Source: Cyanophora paradoxa CCMP329
Taxonomy: Eukaryota; Plantae; Glaucophyta
Reading direction: 5' to 3'
Assembly: GCA_004431415.1 (NCBI GenBank)
Contig: QPMI01000096.1
Location: 1 to 64,000 of the forward strand
Length of the DNA: 64,000 nucleotides
Positions 57,212 to 64,000 of this stretch are shown piece after piece. The number at the start of each line of letters is the position of its first letter. The first letter of the stretch is position 1. A program made the translations under genes and the position numbers. The notes below the pieces were generated by a model. It made no database searches and was not told where the DNA came from. It worked only from the letters and a program-made list of their open reading frames with translations.

Positions 57212-60000
57212 CTAGGCTCCCTTGCGCATTTTCTCAATAAAAGCTTTCCTCGCGGCCTCGGCCCCCGCCGTCGCTGCCGCCGCCATCGCCTGATCTTGCG
57301 CCTCCCGCTCCGCCTTCAGCGCAGCCTCCGCCGCCGCCGCCCGCGCCTCTGCTGTCTCCGCCCGCGCCTCTGCCGCCGCCGCCAGCGCCTCCGCCGCCGC
57401 TGCCCGCCGCCCCTCCTCGCGTCGCCCCTCCTCAGCTTCGCGCCGCCCCTCCTCAGCTTCGCGCCGCCCCTCCTCAGCGGCCGCCGCGCGCGCCTCCGCC
57501 GCCGTCACGCGCTGCGCCGCCTGCCGCTCGCGCTGGGCGGCCGCCTTCGCCTCGCGCCGCCCGGCGAGGCGCTCGGCCTCGAGCTGCCCGATGGTCGCCT
57601 CCAGCTGCTCCTTGAGGCCCGCCCGGTCCGCCTCGGCCCCCTCGAGCCGCTCCTGCAGCGCCGCCGCGCGCGCCTCGGCCTCCGCGAGGCGCTGCAGCTC
57701 GGGCGCGACGTCGGCCGCCAGCTGCCGCTGCAGCTCCTCGATCTGCCGCATCCGCTCGGCGAACGTCGCGGCCGCGGCCGCGCCCGCGCCCGCCGGCTGC
57801 TCCGGAGCGGGAGCCGGCCCCTCCCCGCGAGGGGAGGATGCGGGGCCCTCGGCCGACGGCCCCGCGGCGGGCGGACGCTCCTCGAGATCGGAGTCGGATT
57901 CGCGCTGCTGTCGCTTGGCCGGCGCCGGCGCGCCCTCGCTCCCCTCTGAGCGGCGCTTGGCGCCGCCGCCGCCGCTGCTGCTGCTGCTGGCGACGGGCGG
58001 CGACTGCACCACGTCCGCCTGAAAGCCCGCGGCCGCGGGCCCCCCGGGCGTCCCAGTTGGTAGTGGGTACGAGGGCTGGGCGGGTGTGAGCGCCCGGGGA
58101 GGCAGGGGGGAGGGGGAGGAGGGGGAGGAGGGGGGGGAAGGTGGGGGGCCAGGGGGCTTCCGACCTGGCCCGCGGGTTGGAGGAGGGTGATCGCGCGCGC
58201 GGTCCCGTCCTCGCAGCCGGCGAACAGCGTGCGGCCGTCCTGCAGAGGCCCGGCCTCGCGGTCGGCGAGCTGCAGGAGGGGAGGGAGGGCGGCGGGCGGC
58301 GGCCGCGGGCCGGACGCGCACCGCGGTGACGGACAGGCCGCAGACGCCAACTGCGCCTGGGAGGTGGACCCTCCGCACGAGGGCGCACTTGCGTGCAGCC
58401 GCCCCGCCGTCCAAGCGGCAGGGCGGCAGAGCGCAGACGTGGATGAGGCCATCCGTGCCGGCCTCGTAGCACTCGGAGATGCCGGTCCGGGCCGCGTCGG
58501 CAGCCGCGTTGACCGGCTGCTCGCTGCTCACCGCGAAGCCGCTCCCGTCCTGCGGCGAGTTGCGCGGGATCAGACGCACAGGCACAGGCGCAATCAGATT
58601 TCGGTCGGGGCCGGGCGCGCACGCGGAAGAGGACGAGGCCGTAGACTCTGAGGGAGGCGATGCGGTACGAGGAGAGCCGGTGGGCGGCCGCCGGCTCCAG
58701 TTGGACGCGCCCGGGCGCGTCGGCGGCGCCGGGCGGGATGCGGTACACGCTGACGTCGCCGTCCCCGTTGCCGAAGGCGAGCAGGCCCTGCCGGCGCATT
58801 CACCGATCAGGGCACTGATCAAGAGCGGGGGAGGAAGGCGAGGCCACCTCGACCATAGAGATCTGGTGGATGCCGCCCGTCTCCTTCTTGCCGTCCAGGC
58901 GCACCAGACCCTCGGGCGGGATGTGCACCTCGGCCAAGAGGGCCGGGGCCGGGGCCGGGGCCGGGGCCGAGGAGCCAGCCGGGGCCGGTGCAGGGGCCGC
59001 CCCAGCGCGCGGACCCCCCGGCACGCGCCACAGGAAGACGGCGCTGCGCCTCGAGCTCCTGACGAAGTTGGCGAACGCCGCCAGGCGCCCATCCTGCAAG
59101 CCGAAGCCTCAGCTCGGAAGCGCAAGCGCAAGCTCACGCAGGCGCGAGCGCGCACGGGGGAGAGGGCGACGGCGGTGATGGGCGCCGCCTTGCTCGCGTC
59201 GAGGGCGGCGCAGTGGGCGAAGCTCAAGCTCGAGCTCGCGGGGCCGCTCGCGTCCCCGACCGGAGTCCCGAGGCACGCGTGCGCCTCGTAGTCTCCCTGG
59301 GCGTTCAGCCGGAAGACGAACGCCGCCTGGCTCCCTCCCCCAGCGATCACCGTGCGCGCGTCCTGCGAAGGCGTCGATCTCGAGCGGTCGGGATCGATGC
59401 CAGCAAGGACGGAGGGCACCCTGCTGATCGCGACGGATGCCATGTGCACGTGCATCGGCCGGCGGCCGGAGAATCTAAAGAGCACCCGCGGAGCCCCTGG
59501 GGCGGAATCGGCGGGCCAGTCGACGGTTATGACCTCCCCGTCTTCTGCGCATGCTGCGATGGTGCACAGGCCGGTCTCTGGGTTCTGGCCGCGGAGCGCA
59601 TGCACATAAGCGCGCGCTAGCACACATTGATATCAGAACGCAGGAGGAAGGCACGCACGTGCGCCATGTCTACGTCAAAGATCGCTGAGTTCCTCTTGAA
59701 CGTGGCGACTTCCTGGTACACGACAGCTCCCGCCGCGGCCGCGCCGGCCTTGGCCCGCAGGCTCAGAGCGCCGTCGTCGCCCCCGGACACCACGCGACTA
59801 CCGTCCTGTGCATTGCTTGAGTTAGTTGGTGAAGTGAGCTCATGATCAGAGCCCGAAGGGCCGCGCACGTCGGTGCTGACGACTTTGCGAACACACTTAC
59901 TCGTCCGACCGCCCGGACCGTCTCGCGACTGAACCACGTCGATTCGGAACGCGTGAGGGCCCTCTCTCTCGTCCCAGCGCTCCGCCATCGCAGCTGCCAT
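57212..60000 (-). CDS. WD40-repeat protein with a C-terminal Ala/Glu/Arg coiled coil
   Basis: DGSRVVSGGDDGALSL, IAACAEDGEV, PITAVALSP-DGRL, LLAFGNGDGDVSVY, DGRTLFAGCEDGTARAI; heptad-rich C-terminus. Confidence 0.75.
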
Positions 60001-60382
60001 TCTCAGAGCGAACGCGGTCCAAGCGGTGCTACGAGTCCTAATCGTGCTCAGCTTGCCCTAGCGACATTCGGCGATGGCCCCCGCCTGCTGTCTGGGCTTC
60101 GAGCAGCGTTCGCCTGACAGGGGGGTACGCGAACTACGAAAGGGAATTGCTGAGGCGGGGGTAAGGCCTTGCTTCCTTCGCAACAACGATTGGGAGGTGA
60201 GCTCGCAATCTGCAAGCTAGCTTCTTCAGCTCGAGCTCCCGGGCGCGGTGTAATCGCTCTCTCCTGGAGATGAACATGCCGGCGCTGGATCCACCGGCGC
60301 CCGAGCTTTATCCTATCCTCCGGTCGCAGCTGCGCATGCAGGCGTGCCCGAGCAACTGCAGCCGATAATCTGCCGCGCCTGC

Positions 60383-63300
60383 ATGGCGCGTGCTGGGCTC
60401 GTCCTTGCGGTGCTGCTGGCTCTGCTGGCGGGCGGGGCGCGGGGGCAGCGGTTGGAGCTCGCGGCGGGCGTCTCGTCGCAGTCCTTCGACGACGGCTCGG
60501 GACCCGCTGCGAACTACGGCCCCGGCTGGAACCGCGAGTGGTGCGGCGGCGCACGGGGGCGCCGGCGCCCACGCGCCCGCTTGCCATTGCCCGCCGCCTG
60601 ACGTCGACGCCCGCAACGTTAACGCAGGCGGATCGCGGCGCCGGCGGGCCAGCGAGTCTTCCTGTGGTTCACGTCGTTCCTCACCGAGGCCGGCTTCGAC
60701 TTCGTCTCCGTGCGCCGCCCCGCCGCGGCCGCGGCCCCGCACGTGCACCAGCGGCTGCGAGCAGATCTAGAGGGGCCCGGCAGGTGTACGACGGGTCCGA
60801 GGCGGACGCTGCGCGGCTGCTGGGGCGGGCGAGCGGGGCGCCGGAGCTGGCGTCGCTGCGGTTCACGAGCTCGGGCGGGGCGCTGCTCGTCGCCTTCGCC
60901 TCCGACGCCGCCGGCCTCGACGCCGGCTTCGAGGCCTCCTACCGCGCCCGTCCGCCCCGGCCCCGCCCCTCCGCCTCGCTTCCGCTCACGCGCGCCGGCC
61001 CCAGTGACGCTGACGGCGCCGACGGTGGCGGGGGCGGGGGCGGCGGTGGGGACGCGGGGCGCCAACCTGAGCGTCGCCTACGCGCCGGGCGAGGGCGTCG
61101 CGTGGCTCGACGCCGCCTGCGCCGGCGCCGGCGGACCCTACGCCGCCTCGGCCGCCGTGGACCCCGCCGCGGGGGCGGCGCACGTGCTGGTCCCGGCCGG
61201 CGCCGCCTCGCCGCGCGCCCTCGCCCTCTCCTGCGCCGTCTCCGCCCGCACGGCCGCCGGCGCCGTCTCGCCGGCTTCGTCCCCCGTCAACTTTACGGTA
61301 CCCTCCGTCGCCATGTCGCGCCCCGCCATCGCGTGGCTCGAGGCGCCGGGGGACGGTACCCTCCTCGCGAACGTCACGTACTCCCCCGGGGCCGACCTCG
61401 CCTCCCTGGAGCTCTCCTGCGCCGACCCCGCGGGGGGGTACGTCTACGAGGCCCTCGGCGCCGCCCCGGACCCCTCCGGCGCCCCCCTCGCCCTCCGCCT
61501 GCGGGTTTGGGGAACCCCGTACCCCCGGAGTCTCTCCTGCACGGCGGCCGCCCGCGCCCGCGACGGCTTTCGCCTCTTCTCCGCCGCCTCGCGCGTCGAC
61601 GTACCCCCAGGTGCCTTTTCTCTTCTCCTCCGTCATCCGCCTTGTTCCGCGGCTCACGGCCCCGGCAGGCCTCGCGCCCATGCCAGTGCGCGGCGTCGGT
61701 TCGTACCCTGGCCGTCCACCCCATCCCCGTACCTCCACTCTCGATTCCCGACGCGGGTACCGGTGCCGCAGGGGCGCGCCTCTCGGCGCCCGACTCGGCG
61801 GGGCTGTACCCCGCCCACTTCGAGGTGCCGGCCGTACCCCTGGGCCCGCCGCTCACGCTGGAGTGGCGGGTGGAGGTGGTGGAGGGGACGGCGCTGTTCG
61901 GGCGCTCGCTCCTCCACCTGGACGCGCCCGGGGAGACCGTTCGCCTGGACTTCACCTTGGAGGCCGCCAAGCTCGTCCTCAGGTGCCGTCCGCCCGCCAA
62001 GCTCGGCCGAGCCCGGCCGCCGCGCCTCACTCGCCTCCGCGCGCGCAGCATTGGCGACGTCAGGTACAGCGACCTCGTGGACGCCTTCCCGGTACCCCCC
62101 CCCCCGGCCTTTCCGGCCCACGCCGTCTTGAGGGCCGACCGGGGCGCCAGTTCGGGCGACCCGTGCATGTGGCGCTGACGGCGGGGGCCGGCGCCGCGCC
62201 GGACTGCCGCCTCTACCTCAACGGCGCTCTCGCCCGCTCCTTTCCATGCGCCGTGCGCCCCTCCTGCGCCCTCTCCACGCCCACGGAACGACCAGTTTCT
62301 CATTCCATAAATTCGATCCGCGCCTGTCGGCAGGCGATCCCGAACGCTACGTGGGGCCCCGTGGCGGTGGGTCAGGACTACAACGAGGGCGCCCGGCGGC
62401 CGGACGCGCGGGGCGTGCGCCTCGCCGACGTGCGCCTCTGGAGCGCCGAGAAGGGGCCGGAGGAGGTGGCGGCGCTCGCCGCCGGGGCGCCCGCCTCCGC
62501 CGCCGGCCTCGAGCTCTACCTCCCGCTCGACGCCGGCCCCGTGCCCCCGCCCCGCCCCGCCGCCCTCCCCTTTCCCTTTCTGAGACCCGGCGGGCCAGGC
62601 GGACGAGTCCGGGAGGAGGCGGCACGGGTGGCTGGTGCCGGCGGGGAGCCCCTTCGTCGCCTACGACGCGTTCTCCGCGGCCCCGCCCTTCCCCGCCGGC
62701 AGCAGCAACGCCAGCGTACCCCCGGGGCCGTCCGGGGGCGCGCTGCGCGTCCGGGCGGTGGCGACCGCCGGCCAGGCGCCCTCCCTCCGCGAGACGCAGG
62801 CCCGCAGCCCCTGCCCCGCGCTTATAAGCTAACCTCGGCTCATCATGTAAGCCGCGCAGGGCGTGCTCGTGAACGGCTCTCTGTACGTCTTCGGGGGCCT
62901 CTGCGCGCCCCTCTACGCCCCCTGCGACGGGCCCCTCGCCTACCGCCTCGACCTCGCGGCCGGTGCGGGGTTGGCGCGGCCCGCGCCGGCCCGGCCCGGT
63001 CCGCTTTGAGCGTGCGGGCGGGGCGGCCGCAGGGGAGCCGGCGTGGGAGGCGCTGCCGCCCTTCGCGCGCGTGAGCACGGTTGCGCAGCCCATCGACTGG
63101 AACGAGAAGGTAGACACGGACTCCGCCGCCTCGCGCCCCGCCTTCCCTCGGGCAAACCCGACCCCCGGGGCGCAGACGCGGGTCGCGGCGACGACGGACG
63201 GGGCGGGGCGCGTCTGGCTGCACGGCGGCGTGCTGTGGGACGCGGAGGAACTCGAGCAGGCCGCCCCTGGCTTCACCCTCTTCGGTCCGCAAAGCGAAGC

Positions 63301-64000
63301 AGAGCAGAGCAGAGCGAAGCGGCGCCTGACGCCGCCGCCGCCGCCGCCGCTGGCGCCTCAGACTTGGAGAATTGGAGGCGGAGGGACCTCGCGCCGGGGC
63401 CCCCGCGCTTCGGCGGCTGCGGCGTGCGCCCTCTTTGGCCCCCGCGGGCCCGGCCGCTGGCCTCAGCGGGGGCGGGCGGGCGGGCGCGGCGCAGGTCTAC
63501 TACGATAAACGCGTCTACTACGTCTTCGGGCACCAGCGGCAGCTCGCCGGATACGCCTTCCCGCGCTGTGCGCCCCCTTGCGCGGCCCCGTTCCCAGCGC
63601 CGGCCGGGCCCCTTCGGTCGAGCTCGAGCCGCGCCCCGCAGCGGTGTACGCGTACGATACGGTCGCGAACGAGTGGCTCCTGAACGTGGTCCGTGGGGGT
63701 ACCCCCGCTCTTCCTTTCCCGTACCCCCCTCGTCCCCTCCATCCAGCCCCTGGCAGGTGTCGGAGGACGATCCCGACAACCTCGGCGGGCGCGGCTACTT
63801 CGCCTGGTGAGCCGTACCCCCTCTGTCTCTTCCCCCCCTTCCGACGAGGCTCCTCCCAGCAATTTGCTCGGCTCGCGGATCTACGTCTACGGGTACAGGG
63901 TCCTCCCCTCGGCTCCCGTTCCGCGGCACCCGAGCGGGGGTATCGGTTCGCAGCGGACTGCGCGAGGATCGCTCGGAGCGTGACCTGATGGGGTACGCCC
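60383..64000 (+). CDS. Secreted CUB + Ig/FN-like + LamG/pentraxin-like + Kelch-repeat protein (3' end beyond the window)
   Basis: Signal MARAGLVLAVLLALLAGGARG; CUB NYGPGWNREW-RIAAPAGQRVFLWFTSFLTEAGFDFVS-VYDG..LLVAFASDA..GFEASY; LamG HVALT..LYLNG..LADVRLWS; Kelch NGSLYVFGG, VWLHGG, VYAYDTVANEW. Confidence 0.8.

Noticed and set aside
1-64000. rRNA, tRNA, snRNA genes, telomeric repeats, Fanzor/TnpB or viral genes
   Set aside because: No recognisable motifs by eye; a covariance-model or HMM scan would be needed to exclude them formally.

Overview
GC-rich, very intron-dense eukaryotic nuclear DNA from a protist or alga. It is reminiscent of the glaucophyte Cyanophora, but the taxon cannot be established from sequence alone. 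Most long ORFs in the six-frame track are GC or repeat artefacts; the real genes had to be rebuilt from short exons. Host genes: DCP2 (-) divergent from a 21-intron threonine dehydratase with one ACT domain (+); a large type I membrane protein (+); a tandem F5/8 or F-type-lectin-like gene (+); a WD40/coiled-coil gene (-); a CUB-LamG-Kelch protein (+, runs off the window); a REJ/GAIN-GPS surface-protein gene (-) disrupted by a minisatellite insertion; and an intron-containing pRiA4b-ORF3 (MM3350-like) gene (-) split by a 7.7-kb chimeric L1/Tx1-type LINE insertion with an 18-bp TSD. Other mobile DNA: a head-to-tail array of a 4,072-bp element whose 12-bp terminal inverted repeats abut and which carries a TCF25/Rqc1 fragment, two hAT MITEs with 8-bp TSDs, a non-autonomous LTR element, several 5'-truncated LINE tails and a duplicated DCP2 3' end. 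The most striking signal is a pervasive mutational signature. Diverged copies of repeats repeatedly gain +6-bp insertions that turn a trinucleotide X into X-revcomp(X)-X (e.g. CCA to CCA-TGG-CCA), and intergenic DNA is saturated with such 9-mers. Splice donors are also unusual: many GC-AG introns, one apparent GA-AG intron, and a G-Y-N-C-G-C consensus. Homopolymer indels suggest residual assembly errors, so frameshifts should be read cautiously.
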